From Nitrososphaerales archaeon (GTDB lineage: Archaea > Thermoproteota > Nitrososphaeria > Nitrososphaerales > UBA57): a DNA stretch of 64,000 nucleotides. The translations under genes were made by a program, and so were the position numbers. Location of the stretch: the NCBI GenBank assembly GCA_047517285.1, contig JAKZTE010000003.1:474-64473 (forward strand), in the 5' to 3' direction. Shown here one piece after another: positions 37,707 to 47,769 of this stretch. The notes below the pieces were generated by a model. It was not told the origin of the DNA. It made no database searches and saw nothing but the letters and a program-made list of their open reading frames with translations. Each line of letters opens with the position of its first letter. The stretch's first letter is position 1.

Positions 37707-38589
37707 CGTAAGCTAATCTCAATTCTTCGAATGAAAGGGACTGTCCAGATTCAAGTTTTTCTTTAGCCTTGGATTTTTCTTTCTCAAGAATGACTTTCTT
37801 TTTCTTAAGAATTGCAGACTTGCTAACAGATTTAATTGATTTGAATAGTTCATTTCTTTTATTTTTCAACAATTGTAATTCTTTAGAATTGGCTTTGAGT
37901 GTAGTTTCTAACCCCCGGATATCATCATTAAAACCGTTCATTTCACTGAATAGTTGCCCACGTTGTTTAAACTTTGTATCAAAGACCGACTTTTTTTCAT
38001 CAAAAGATGTTTTTGCAATTTCTCTAGATTTGTCCATTGTGTCTAGACTAGTTCCTATTTGTTTAATTTTTTTGAATAATGCAGATAGTTCTTTACGAGC
38101 GCCGGTGGTTTTTTTCCAGATGTTGTATTTTTTTTGTAGTGTTGTAATATTTTTAATAAGCTGTTTTTCTTCTTGTCGTGATAATTTTGCGGTTTGAATT
38201 TTCCATTCGATTTCTTTTATTTGTTTTGATATATTTTTGGTATTTTCCTTTTTATTAAATTTACGATCGGGTTTTGATGTTTGGGTTTTACTTAAAGTAT
38301 CATTCTCTTTAATGCCATCGTTAGCTACGTTAATTTGTGTCCAAATTTGTTTTTTTTCATTCAGTAATACTTGTCTTTCTTTACGATAACTTCCTACCTC
38401 ACCGTATAGGGGCTCTAAATCTGCCTGATGTTCTCCTAATTGAGAAGTGATAGTATTAAGTTCATCACGCATATCGAGTCTTTTTTTATTCAGGGATTTG
38501 AGTTGGGTCACAAGGTTTTTCCTTGAATCAAGTAAATCCTTGATTTTAGTAGTAATTTCATCGACAGTTGTAGATTCTAGTTCTGACAA
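37681..38589 (-). CDS. Archaeal coiled-coil protein (COG1340-like)
   Basis: 302 aa; Lys/Glu-rich heptad-like sequence throughout, C-terminal SLSFEELRLAY plus an acidic tail. Confidence 0.55.
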   Translation of the reverse strand: MSELESTTVDEITTKIKDLLDSRKNLVTQLKSLNKKRLDMRDELNTITSQLGEHQADLEPLYGEVGSYRKERQVLLNEKKQIWTQINVANDGIKENDTLSKTQTSKPDRKFNKKENTKNISKQIKEIEWKIQTAKLSRQEEKQLIKNITTLQKKYNIWKKTTGARKELSALFKKIKQIGTSLDTMDKSREIAKTSFDEKKSVFDTKFKQRGQLFSEMNGFNDDIRGLETTLKANSKELQLLKNKRNELFKSIKSVSKSAILKKKKVILEKEKSKAKEKLESGQSLSFEELRLAYDDDDEYLS

Positions 38590-38678
38590 GTAATATTTTG
38601 GTAATAATTGCCCAATAAATAATTTATGGATATTTTATATAATTTATTGAATATCTATAGAAAATAGGGAACAATTAG

Positions 38679-39221
38679 ATGAATTCAAAGATATGGGGGG
38701 TAACAGGAAGAACTGGTACAGGAAAGACCAAAGTAATCAACACATTATACTATAGATTGTCATCAGAAAATATTTCTATGGGAGGTATATTGACAAGAGA
38801 TATTCGAAAATACGGAAAAAGAACGGGAATAGAAATTATGAATATTTCAACAGGCATTACTTTTGAATTAGCGGATATAGATAGAAAAATAGGTCCGAGA
38901 TTACAGAAATTTAGAATAAATAAAGACAACATTGATAACTTGATTATTGATGAATTATATCAATCGTCAACAAAAGCAGAATTATTAATAATAGATATGA
39001 TAGGACCAATGGAGCTTTTTAGTAATAGATTTTGTGATTTGCTTCAGTCATTATTAAATGAAGATAAGAAAATATTATGTGCAATACAAACAAAATTTAA
39101 TCATCCAATTATTAAAGAAATAAAAAAATCAGCAAATTTAGAACTTCATGATTTAAATGATAAACACAAAGTTGAAGTGATTGATAGTATATATAAAAGT
39201 ATAATTGAAGAATTTAAATAA
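38679..39221 (+). CDS. P-loop NTPase (THEP1-like)
   Basis: 180 aa; Walker A GVTGRTGTGKTK, Walker B LLIIDMIGPME. Confidence 0.7.
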   Translation: MNSKIWGVTGRTGTGKTKVINTLYYRLSSENISMGGILTRDIRKYGKRTGIEIMNISTGITFELADIDRKIGPRLQKFRINKDNIDNLIIDELYQSSTKAELLIIDMIGPMELFSNRFCDLLQSLLNEDKKILCAIQTKFNHPIIKEIKKSANLELHDLNDKHKVEVIDSIYKSIIEEFK

Positions 39222-39912
39222 TAAACTGGTATCAGGTGTAGACGAGGCAGGAAGGGGGTCAATTATCGGTCCGTTAGTAATAGCGTGTGTTACTGCAGAT
39301 AAAAAAATAATTAAAAAATTTTCAAAATATGGTGTAAAAGATTCAAAAAAAGTTACGCCAAAGAATAGAGAAATTCTTTCGAAAATTATCATGGAGGAAT
39401 CAGAACATGTTTCAATAACTAGATTATCCGAAAAGAAAATTGATAAAGCAGTAAGATTAAGAAAAGAATTTGCAAAAAAGAAGAATTATTATAAGGGTAA
39501 TAAGATAATTGGACTAAATGAATTAGAAGCAAATTCAATTGCAAAGATGATGAATGAATTGAAGTCGAGTTCAATCTATGTAGATTCATGTGATGTTAAT
39601 CCAGAGAGATTTAAACAGAGAATAATTAATCGAATTGATACGAGAATAAAGGTATATTCTAGTCATAAAGCAGATGAGAAATATATAATTGTTGCAGCGG
39701 CTTCAATAATTGCAAAATTCAATCGTGATAAAGAGGTTCTAAAATTAGAAAGAATTCACGGAAATATAGGAAGCGGTTACCCTTCAGATCCAATTACTAG
39801 AAGATTTTTGCGAGAATGGGTTATAAAGAATAAAGAAATGCCGCATTTCACAAGAAAATCTTGGAAAACATGGACAGAGTTACAACCAAAAATTGAAAAT
39901 TATTTAGGATAA
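39205..39912 (+). CDS. rnhB: Ribonuclease HII
   Basis: 235 aa; VSGVDEAGRGSIIGPLVIA, VDSCDV, SIIAK; TTG start overlapping the upstream gene. Confidence 0.9.
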   Translation: MKNLNNKLVSGVDEAGRGSIIGPLVIACVTADKKIIKKFSKYGVKDSKKVTPKNREILSKIIMEESEHVSITRLSEKKIDKAVRLRKEFAKKKNYYKGNKIIGLNELEANSIAKMMNELKSSSIYVDSCDVNPERFKQRIINRIDTRIKVYSSHKADEKYIIVAAASIIAKFNRDKEVLKLERIHGNIGSGYPSDPITRRFLREWVIKNKEMPHFTRKSWKTWTELQPKIENYLG

Positions 39913-39916
39913 TATA

Positions 39917-40600
39917 TTATCGCATTGTTGCCATTATTAAGGCATGATCTTTATCAAAAGGATGAAGGTCAATCATTTGATCAATATCAAAACCACTAGA
40001 TTCTAATTTAGCCATTTCTTGTTCATAAATAGATTTTGGGGACTTTGTTGTATCAATGCTGCGCGATTTAATTACAAGAAGTAACTTTGAACCACTTGAA
40101 AGAAATTCTTTACAATTAGATATAGCAATATCAGTTTGATTAGGTTGAGATATATCACAATAAACGCTATCAATATTTCTAAAAATTGAAGTATAGCTAT
40201 CAATATTATGAGCGTCAGCAATGATTGGAATTATATTATTACGGAAAGATACGACGTTATCAATAAAATCACGTGCTACACGAGAAGAAATTTCAACACA
40301 AAATAATAATCCATCTTTACCAACGATATCAGAAACATGTGAGGGGGTAGTTCCTGTAGAAGAACCTAGATACAAGATTGTTGAGCCACTTGTGAAGGGA
40401 ATATTTTTCATGCCATTTATTATACAAGCGGCTAGTTTACTGCGGTATGGGTCCCAGATACGAAATTCATGAGTAGAAGATTTTTGGAGATGCTCGCCAT
40501 ATACACTATTGCCTGGAACGTAGTTTTTTGTTGCAAGTTTTTCTTTTCCTGCAACTTTAATCCAATCTACGTTATTAGGAAGATCTTCGTCGTTTTTCAT
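39917..40600 (-). CDS. flpA: Fibrillarin-like rRNA/tRNA 2'-O-methyltransferase
   Basis: 227 aa; WDPYRSKLAA, ILYLGSSTGTTPSHVSDIV. Confidence 0.93.
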   Translation of the reverse strand: MKNDEDLPNNVDWIKVAGKEKLATKNYVPGNSVYGEHLQKSSTHEFRIWDPYRSKLAACIINGMKNIPFTSGSTILYLGSSTGTTPSHVSDIVGKDGLLFCVEISSRVARDFIDNVVSFRNNIIPIIADAHNIDSYTSIFRNIDSVYCDISQPNQTDIAISNCKEFLSSGSKLLLVIKSRSIDTTKSPKSIYEQEMAKLESSGFDIDQMIDLHPFDKDHALIMATMR

Positions 40601-41804
40601 TCATACTTCGCCTAAGTTTTTTATGTTTTTTCATTGTAAAGTTATTTCTATTTGCTACAGGAGAAGCGTATTTTTCCTGAATTTCACGATAGCGTTTATC
40701 AAGGCTATTTTCAATGTCTATTTCCTTAGTGCCACGAAATGCATCAATTCGTGCAGCAATAGCAATCTTAGCTGCCAAAGAACGGGCAATTTTTCCACGC
40801 TGGTGCTTAGGGCTAGAATGTACCATATCATGTTGGAAAATGATTCCATGTTTAGGAGGTCGGCTTCCGCTTTTTAGTGATCTGAACAGAGCTTTTTCAG
40901 CACCTAGAACTTGGATTGTACTCGAAGCCAATCTAGCAAGTTTCATCAAACCGCCAGATTTTGCAATTAAACGAGCTCCAACAGTAGGACCTGCAATTGC
41001 ACTTAAATTAGGAGCAATTTTATTCATTAAATCATTAATATAATTCAATACTTTATCACGTACCTTGACTAAATTTATTATATTTTCTGCCAAGATAGAA
41101 ATAATCGATAAATCTTTGGAATTAATACTTCCGCCTTTCGAATTTTGAGCGGAACTAAAGATAGCATCAAGTTTTTTTTCAGAAAAACTAAAAGAACTTA
41201 GGTCTTTTTCAGTAATAGATGTTCTGTCTAAACCAAGAGATACAAATTTGAAATATACATTAGTATCCTTGAGTAGGTTTTCGAGTTCAGGAAAGTGTAG
41301 GCCATACCATTCGTTAATACGGGCCATGAAAATGTTAATAGCTTTATCAGCTTCGTCGAGAGAATTAATTCCTTCAATTATTTGCAAGTCTTCCTTTCCA
41401 GAAACATCACGAATTTGTTGTTTGGAATATTCAATAGAGAAGTCTTGGAGGAAATTTCGAATTTCCTCTTCAGAGTTAAAGAAACCTGATTGAACAAATA
41501 ATGGAAAGAGGTTTGAGGAATTAATTGTTTTATGAATGAAATTTTCACGCGGATAGAGATTATGCAAGATTGTTAGTAATGATTGATCATTTACCTCAGA
41601 AGAATCAGATAATATATCTGACTGACTGAGAAGAAATTCTTTAATGTTAGCGTCAATTATTCCTCGTTTGGTCTCCGAATAGAGTGAAATTTCAGAACCA
41701 GGTTGAAATCTATGGCTTTGAAGTACTTCGTATTTATCATTGATAATAATAATACCTGCTTCAGTGAGAATGAGTTTATTGGTCAAGATATTGAAAATAG
41801 TCAA
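40575..41804 (-). CDS. nop5: Nop5 (Nop56/58) C/D box snoRNP protein
   Basis: 409 aa; Nop domain AGPTVGARLIAKSGGLMKLARLASSTIQVLGAEKALFR...PKHGIIFQH; basic C-terminal tail. Confidence 0.9.
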   Translation of the reverse strand: MTIFNILTNKLILTEAGIIIINDKYEVLQSHRFQPGSEISLYSETKRGIIDANIKEFLLSQSDILSDSSEVNDQSLLTILHNLYPRENFIHKTINSSNLFPLFVQSGFFNSEEEIRNFLQDFSIEYSKQQIRDVSGKEDLQIIEGINSLDEADKAINIFMARINEWYGLHFPELENLLKDTNVYFKFVSLGLDRTSITEKDLSSFSFSEKKLDAIFSSAQNSKGGSINSKDLSIISILAENIINLVKVRDKVLNYINDLMNKIAPNLSAIAGPTVGARLIAKSGGLMKLARLASSTIQVLGAEKALFRSLKSGSRPPKHGIIFQHDMVHSSPKHQRGKIARSLAAKIAIAARIDAFRGTKEIDIENSLDKRYREIQEKYASPVANRNNFTMKKHKKLRRSMNEKRRRSS

Positions 41805-41846
41805 TAACCATTCTTAAAGTTTCTCAATAACACTAAAAATAACATC

Positions 41847-41858
41847 ATATTTTTAAAT
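41847..41858 (+). promoter_or_regulatory. Candidate TATA box for rps30e
   Basis: atatttttaaat is centred ~28 nt upstream of the ATG at 41880; AT-rich background. Confidence 0.3.
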
Positions 41859-41879
41859 GTCGAATATCTATGACTGGGT

Positions 41880-42059
41880 ATGCCAACTCACGGTTCACTG
41901 ACAAAAGCAGGTAAAGTTAGAGGTCAAACACCTAAAGTCGAAGGTAAAGTAAGAACAAGTAGGAGTCCTAGAGTAAAATCAAAACGGTCATTCAGAACAA
42001 GAATCATACTCAATAGAACTGTTGGTCAAAAATGGGACAAAGTCGTTCGTAGACGATAA
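41880..42059 (+). CDS. rps30e: Ribosomal protein eS30
   Basis: Missed by the ORF track (59 aa). Hand translation: MPTHGSLTKAGKVRGQTPKVEGKVRTSRSPRVKSKRSFRTRIILNRTVGQKWDKVVRRR. HGSL.KAGKVRGQTPKV is the S30e signature. Confidence 0.85.
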   Translation: MPTHGSLTKAGKVRGQTPKVEGKVRTSRSPRVKSKRSFRTRIILNRTVGQKWDKVVRRR

Positions 42060-42134
42060 ACGAACATATTTATCAATTCTGAGAATATAACGTATATTTT
42101 ATTAATCTATTTTTATAATTGAGAAGATGTAAAG

Positions 42135-42722
42135 ATGAATAAACAAATCTTAGTAATTGGCGTGGTTATTACATTATTAGGGGGATATTTGTTTTCTTTG
42201 ACTTCGGTAACAGTATTATCAGAATTTGACGTGATTCCAGTTAATTCTTTCATAACATACTATGCAGATGTAAAAGCATTTCCTCTGCCTATGGCTAATT
42301 ATCAACTTGAATTAATAAATAACAACGAAGGGCCAGAATTTATAGATGGAATTGAGACAAGGGGAGATGTTATAGATTTGTATGTATTTGATGATGAGAA
42401 TTATCGCATTTTCAAGGGATGTGGGGGACAAAGAGGTGGAGCTGAGATGTGTGTTGATTGGGAACCGATAATTGAGAAATTAGAATTAACAGGAACGTTC
42501 AGAAGAGTTTTAGATCCAGAAATGGAAAGAGTAACAGTTGTTGTTTGGAATCATAACATAGAGGAAACTGTAGAGAATTCAATATCAATAAGACTTGAAT
42601 CAAGTTATAGCGGTATTGCAATCATTCTAGTCATAATTGGATTATTGGTGTTTTATATCGGAGCTAGTAGAAAAGAGAAAAAAATTGTAAATAAGAGAAT
42701 GAAAGAGAGGAATAATGATTAA
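42135..42722 (+). CDS. Hypothetical bitopic membrane protein
   Basis: 195 aa; N-terminal and C-terminal TM helices flank a ~130-aa probably extracytoplasmic domain; no family recognised. Confidence 0.45.
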   Translation: MNKQILVIGVVITLLGGYLFSLTSVTVLSEFDVIPVNSFITYYADVKAFPLPMANYQLELINNNEGPEFIDGIETRGDVIDLYVFDDENYRIFKGCGGQRGGAEMCVDWEPIIEKLELTGTFRRVLDPEMERVTVVVWNHNIEETVENSISIRLESSYSGIAIILVIIGLLVFYIGASRKEKKIVNKRMKERNND

Positions 42723-42725
42723 TAA

Positions 42726-44309
42726 TTGAGTACGATAGGAAGAGGAACCTGGATAGATAAATTAACCAATGATATTATAAAGAGAGAAATTCAATTAGAA
42801 CGTTCTACAGAAATAATTAATGTTGAAAGTGGACTAGGAGCATCAGGAATTCCTCATATAGGAAGTTTAGGAGACGCAGTACGAGCATATGGAGTAAAAA
42901 TTGCACTAGAAGACAACGGGTATAAATCAAAACTGATAGCGTATTCAGATGACATGGATGGTCTTAGAAAAGTTCCAGAGGGTTTTCCAGATAGACTTCA
43001 GGAAGAGCTAGGGAAACCCGTATCGTCAATTGATGATCCATTTGGATGTCATGCATCCTATGGTCAACACATGAGTTCTTTGTTACTTGACGGATTAGAT
43101 AAATTAAGTATTGATTATAGTTTTAAGAGTGCGACAAAAATTTACAAAGAGGGAATATTGAAGAACCAGACAAGTAAGATACTAAGAGATTCAGAGATAA
43201 TTGGAAAGAAGATAGCAGAAATAACTGGACAAACAAAATTCGAAAAATTATTACCGTATTATCCAATATGTGGTAATTGTAATAAGATATATGTGACAAT
43301 TCCAACTGAATTCGACAATGAGAGAGACATAATACATTATAGATGTAATGACGCGGAGATTGGAGGAAATTTAATCAGGGGTTGTGGACATGAGGGCGAA
43401 ACAAGGTTATCAGAAGGGAAGGGAAAGCTAGGTTGGAAAGTTGAATTTGCTGCAAGATGGTCGGCTCTGGATATAAGATTTGAAGCTTATGGAAAAGATA
43501 TAGAAGATTCTGTAAAGATTAATGATTGGATATCAGGGAATATTCTCAATCATGTTCATCCATTTCATATCAGATATGAGATGTTTTTAGATAAATCAGG
43601 CAAGAAGATATCTAAATCAGTAGGAAATGTTTTAACACCTCAGAAATGGCTCGAGTATGGAACTCCTTCGTCGTTGTTATTATTAATGTTCAAAAGAATT
43701 TCAGGAGCAAGATCATTATCAGTAGAAGATATTCCAACTTACATGGATGAAGTGGACGTAGTAGAGGATATATATTTCAATAAGACTATGTCCGAGAATA
43801 AAGACAAGACTATTAGAATGAAGGGATTATATGAATATGTCAATCATTTAGACCCACCAAAAAAAGAATCAATTCACCTTCCATATAGACTATTAGTAGA
43901 ATTAGCGGAGATAGCACCTGAAGATAGTTCTATCGAGTATATATCAAAGAAACTGGTCGAATATCAATATGTGGAGGAAATTGACGATAACATATTGCAT
44001 AGGATTAAATTAGGAATAAATTGGGCGCGAGATTTTAAAACTGATACAATCGGAAATGTGGAAGTGTTAGACGAACATAAGAAACCATTATCAGAAATTA
44101 TTACGTTATTAGAGAAAAATTCCGATCCTGATGTTATTCAAAGTGAAATATTTGAGATAGCAAAATCAAATGACATGAAACCAAGGATATTATTTCAACG
44201 GATATACCAAATACTTCTAGGTAGTAATAAAGGCCCACGGCTTGGGAAATATATAATAGATACTGATAAATCTAAGATAATTAAGAAAATCGAGTCCGCA
44301 ATAGAGTAA
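42726..44309 (+). CDS. lysS: Lysyl-tRNA synthetase, class I
   Basis: 527 aa; class I HIGH-like PHIGSLGD and KMSKS-like KISKSVGN; overall archaeal LysRS-I pattern. Confidence 0.92.
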   Translation: MSTIGRGTWIDKLTNDIIKREIQLERSTEIINVESGLGASGIPHIGSLGDAVRAYGVKIALEDNGYKSKLIAYSDDMDGLRKVPEGFPDRLQEELGKPVSSIDDPFGCHASYGQHMSSLLLDGLDKLSIDYSFKSATKIYKEGILKNQTSKILRDSEIIGKKIAEITGQTKFEKLLPYYPICGNCNKIYVTIPTEFDNERDIIHYRCNDAEIGGNLIRGCGHEGETRLSEGKGKLGWKVEFAARWSALDIRFEAYGKDIEDSVKINDWISGNILNHVHPFHIRYEMFLDKSGKKISKSVGNVLTPQKWLEYGTPSSLLLLMFKRISGARSLSVEDIPTYMDEVDVVEDIYFNKTMSENKDKTIRMKGLYEYVNHLDPPKKESIHLPYRLLVELAEIAPEDSSIEYISKKLVEYQYVEEIDDNILHRIKLGINWARDFKTDTIGNVEVLDEHKKPLSEIITLLEKNSDPDVIQSEIFEIAKSNDMKPRILFQRIYQILLGSNKGPRLGKYIIDTDKSKIIKKIESAIE

Positions 44310-44343
44310 TAGTTTAATTTATGAAAAATTATAAGCAAAGTGA

Positions 44344-45102
44344 TTGAAAGTGGTAAGAGCGCAAAATTCCAGTAATGCATTGAACAATAGACTATCCGCA
44401 CATGCAAATTATGCGAAATTCGAAATAAATGACTGGATAATTCCGAAATTAGAAATTAAAGAAGATGACCGAGTATTAGACATAGCATGTGGAAATGGAA
44501 AACAACTAATTCCAATAAGTGAAATAATTAATGAAAATGGATCAGTCACAGGATTAGACATATCAAAAGATCTTCTAAATGAAATTGAATCAAATGTAGA
44601 AAGAGATAATGTATTTTTAAAAAATGGAAGCATGGAAGACATAGGTAATGAATTCAAGGATGCTGAATTTGATTTGATTTTATGTTGTTTTGGTTTATAT
44701 TATTCAAAAGATTATAAAAAAACAATTAAAGACGTATACGATAAGTTAAAAGAAGGAGGCAGATGTTTTGTTTGTGGGCCAATCAAGAGAAATAACAAAG
44801 AATTAACCGATATACATGAAACTTTTGAGGAACTTCCTGAAGAATATAACATGCACAATAATTTTATGGAATCAAAAGCTTTACCATATTTTGAAACACT
44901 ATTTGGAGAAGTAAAAATAGATATTTTTGAAAATCCTGTCGCATTTCCTAGTAAAGATGAATTATTAAGATACTGGAAATCTTATACATTGTTTGAAAAG
45001 GAAGAACAGAATGAATTTGAGAAAGTAATCGAAGGCATATTCGCAAAAGAAAATAAGTTTATAACAAAAAAAGTAGTAATGGGAATATCAGCTAGGAAAT
45101 GA
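44344..45102 (+). CDS. Class I SAM-dependent methyltransferase
   Basis: 252 aa; motif I VLDIACGNGKQ, motif post-I GLDIS. Confidence 0.75.
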   Translation: MKVVRAQNSSNALNNRLSAHANYAKFEINDWIIPKLEIKEDDRVLDIACGNGKQLIPISEIINENGSVTGLDISKDLLNEIESNVERDNVFLKNGSMEDIGNEFKDAEFDLILCCFGLYYSKDYKKTIKDVYDKLKEGGRCFVCGPIKRNNKELTDIHETFEELPEEYNMHNNFMESKALPYFETLFGEVKIDIFENPVAFPSKDELLRYWKSYTLFEKEEQNEFEKVIEGIFAKENKFITKKVVMGISARK

Positions 45103-45797
45103 CAATAAATTACAAGAACAAGAAATTATTAGTTATTGCCCCTCATCCTGATGATGAAGTCCTTGGATGTGGAGGTTTAATTTCAAAGGTTAAAGCAGGT
45201 GGTGGAAAAGTTCATGTTTTATGTTTTACAGTAGGAAATATCAAACAATACGGAGGGATTAGTAACTCCGAGAAAAGAATACTAGAAATGAGTAAAGTAA
45301 TGAAATATCTGAAAGTAGATTCATTTGATTTAGCATGGGCAGGTGATGAATATCACCTTAAACTCGACAAAGTTCCACAAAAGGATTTGATAAACACTAT
45401 TGAGAAAGGTGAGGTTTCATTATCAACAATAAACCCGGACATAGTGGCGATTCCTTTCATAGGTTCGACAAATCAGGATCATGTTGCGGTTGCCAAAGCT
45501 AGTTTTACAGCATGTAGACCTGTTAGAAATAAGGAGAAAGGTATTACAAAAATGGTGTTATCATATGAACAACCTGAAACAAATTGGACTAGAAAGAGGT
45601 TTCATCCTAATTTTTATGTTGATATATCAAAAGAATTGAAAAAGAAAATCAAGGCATTATCTTTGTATTCGTCTCAAGTAAGAAGTAAGAACCATCCCAG
45701 AACACCAAGAGTGATTGAGAATATAGCAGAACTTAGAGGTACCGAGATAGGTGTAAAATATGCTGAAGCATATGAATGCCATAGATTGATAATTTAA
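45099..45797 (+). CDS. PIG-L/LmbE-family N-acetylglucosaminyl deacetylase
   Basis: 232 aa; LLVIAPHPDDEVLGCGG and NQDH motifs. Confidence 0.8.
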   Translation: MTINYKNKKLLVIAPHPDDEVLGCGGLISKVKAGGGKVHVLCFTVGNIKQYGGISNSEKRILEMSKVMKYLKVDSFDLAWAGDEYHLKLDKVPQKDLINTIEKGEVSLSTINPDIVAIPFIGSTNQDHVAVAKASFTACRPVRNKEKGITKMVLSYEQPETNWTRKRFHPNFYVDISKELKKKIKALSLYSSQVRSKNHPRTPRVIENIAELRGTEIGVKYAEAYECHRLII

Positions 45798-45839
45798 TTA
45801 GAAAAGAATTTATTATGTATGAAGAAGTAGAGTAATAAA

Positions 45840-46814
45840 ATGAAAATATTAGTTACGGGTTCTTCAGGTTTTTATGGTTCGCATTTAATTGATTCGTTAT
45901 TAAAGGAAACGGATGCAGAAATATACGGAGTAGACAATCTGCATAGATTAGAAGATTTTCCAGTAGATCCATTTGAAATAATTGAAGACAAAGAGAAATT
46001 TAATGAGAGGTTTGTCAGTTGGGAAATGGATTACAGGAATTTAAAAGCAGAAAAAATTGACGAGGTAGGAATTGATACAATAATTCATCTGGCCGCATTG
46101 GTATCAATTCCAGAATCAATGCAGAAACCGATGGAATATTTTGAATCAAATGAAAAAGGAACGTTTATTCTGTGTCAAGAATTATTAAAAACTAGAAGTA
46201 AACCATTTTTAATTTATGCATCTTCGCCAGAAGTATATGGGAATCCTGTATATACGCCAATGGATACGGACCATCCTTGTAGTCCTAGAAGTGTCTATGC
46301 TGCAACAAAATTGGCGGCAGAAAAACAATGCATGGTATTACATGAATGGTATAAATATCCAGTTTCAGTAATTAGAAATTTCAACACATATGGTGAGAAT
46401 CAGAGTAATTCATATAGAGGATATGCAGCAGTAGTACCAGAATTTGTAACTAGAGCAATAAAAGATGAGAATATCAAGATTCACGGAAATGGGAAACAGA
46501 CTAGAGATTTGATGTATGTAAAAGACGCAGTAGAAGCATACGTAAGAGTAATGAAAGAAAGGGAAAAGACGCAAGGAGAAGTATTCAATATAGGAACTGG
46601 TATTCAGACAAGCATATTAGATCTTGCAAAGAAGATTATAGACATATCAGGTTCTTCGTCTGAACTAGTTTATGAATCAGAAAGGGCAGCAGATCTAGAA
46701 AGATTAGAAGCGGACTGTAGTAAAACAAAGAAATTATTAAAATGGAAACCAGAATATACCATAGATAAAGGTTTAGACATAACAGTTTCGTGGTTTAAAA
46801 AATTATTAGAATAA
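45840..46814 (+). CDS. NAD-dependent nucleotide-sugar epimerase/dehydratase (SDR)
   Basis: 324 aa; ILVTGSSGFYGSHL Rossmann motif, catalytic YAATKLAAE. Confidence 0.85.
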   Translation: MKILVTGSSGFYGSHLIDSLLKETDAEIYGVDNLHRLEDFPVDPFEIIEDKEKFNERFVSWEMDYRNLKAEKIDEVGIDTIIHLAALVSIPESMQKPMEYFESNEKGTFILCQELLKTRSKPFLIYASSPEVYGNPVYTPMDTDHPCSPRSVYAATKLAAEKQCMVLHEWYKYPVSVIRNFNTYGENQSNSYRGYAAVVPEFVTRAIKDENIKIHGNGKQTRDLMYVKDAVEAYVRVMKEREKTQGEVFNIGTGIQTSILDLAKKIIDISGSSSELVYESERAADLERLEADCSKTKKLLKWKPEYTIDKGLDITVSWFKKLLE

Positions 46815-46866
46815 ACAAATAACAGCAGTGGTAGATTTTATAAAGAATATCTGCAAATAGTCTATA

Positions 46867-47769
46867 TTGAATAATAATCAAGTAACTATTCTGAATGATG
46901 CAGCTTGGGTAGGTTATGAATTAGCAAATGGGCTCAGAGAGGTAAATATGGATGTTAAATATTTGCCGAGAAATTATGCAGGTCCGAATGTAGATACGAA
47001 TGCACTGTATTCGGTGTATGGAAAAATCATAAATCCTTTTGTAAATGCGATTAAAGCAAAAGGAATAATACATGTGAATTATGCATTACAAGATGCATTT
47101 TTTGTACGATTAATTAAGAAAGAAATCAATGTATTGCATTGTCATGGAACAGATTTATTTGGATTGTATGATGAAGAATTTAAAAAAAATAGTAAAGACT
47201 TGACAAGATGGAGTAAAATTATTGAAGGAAATTTGAAATATGCCAATTCAGTAATTGTCTCAACACCAGAAATGCTGAAATTAGCAAAAACAGTTAGACA
47301 AGATGCAGAGTATTTACCTAATCCAATAGATACAACTAGATTTTGTCCGAAGGTAAAACAGAATTCGCAATTAAAAGCAATTGGATTTAATTCATGGTAT
47401 GAAAGAGTGCCAAAATATTTAATTGAACTTATGAAAAAAAATGGCATTAAAGTAGACGTACATGACAGAAGACCATTTTCATATCTAGAATTACATAAAA
47501 ATTTGAAGGAATATGACATATATATTGACAGAATATTTACAAAAGGAGTATCGTCTCACAGTAAAACATGTTTAGAAGCCATGTCCTGTGGTCTAGTAAC
47601 TATAGATTACAGGCATAAAGACAATGTAAATGAGCGAGTAATTGAATTGTTAGATGAAGTTGAAAGAAAAAAGGAATCAGAAAACAACAGACAGTTCATA
47701 ATTGATAATCATGATAGGAAAAAGGTAGTTAAGAAACTATTAAACATATATAGAAAACAAGTAGAATGA
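46867..47769 (+). CDS. Divergent glycosyltransferase-like protein (GT-B C-terminal-like)
   Basis: 300 aa; STPEMLKLAK...YLPNPIDTTRF and SKTCLEAMSCGLVTI resemble GT4 motifs, but the protein is short and divergent. Confidence 0.45.
   Translation: MNNNQVTILNDAAWVGYELANGLREVNMDVKYLPRNYAGPNVDTNALYSVYGKIINPFVNAIKAKGIIHVNYALQDAFFVRLIKKEINVLHCHGTDLFGLYDEEFKKNSKDLTRWSKIIEGNLKYANSVIVSTPEMLKLAKTVRQDAEYLPNPIDTTRFCPKVKQNSQLKAIGFNSWYERVPKYLIELMKKNGIKVDVHDRRPFSYLELHKNLKEYDIYIDRIFTKGVSSHSKTCLEAMSCGLVTIDYRHKDNVNERVIELLDEVERKKESENNRQFIIDNHDRKKVVKKLLNIYRKQVE

Noticed and set aside
41870-41915. Alternative ATG at 41870 upstream of rps30e
   Set aside because: It is out of frame with the S30e reading frame and terminates after ~13 codons.
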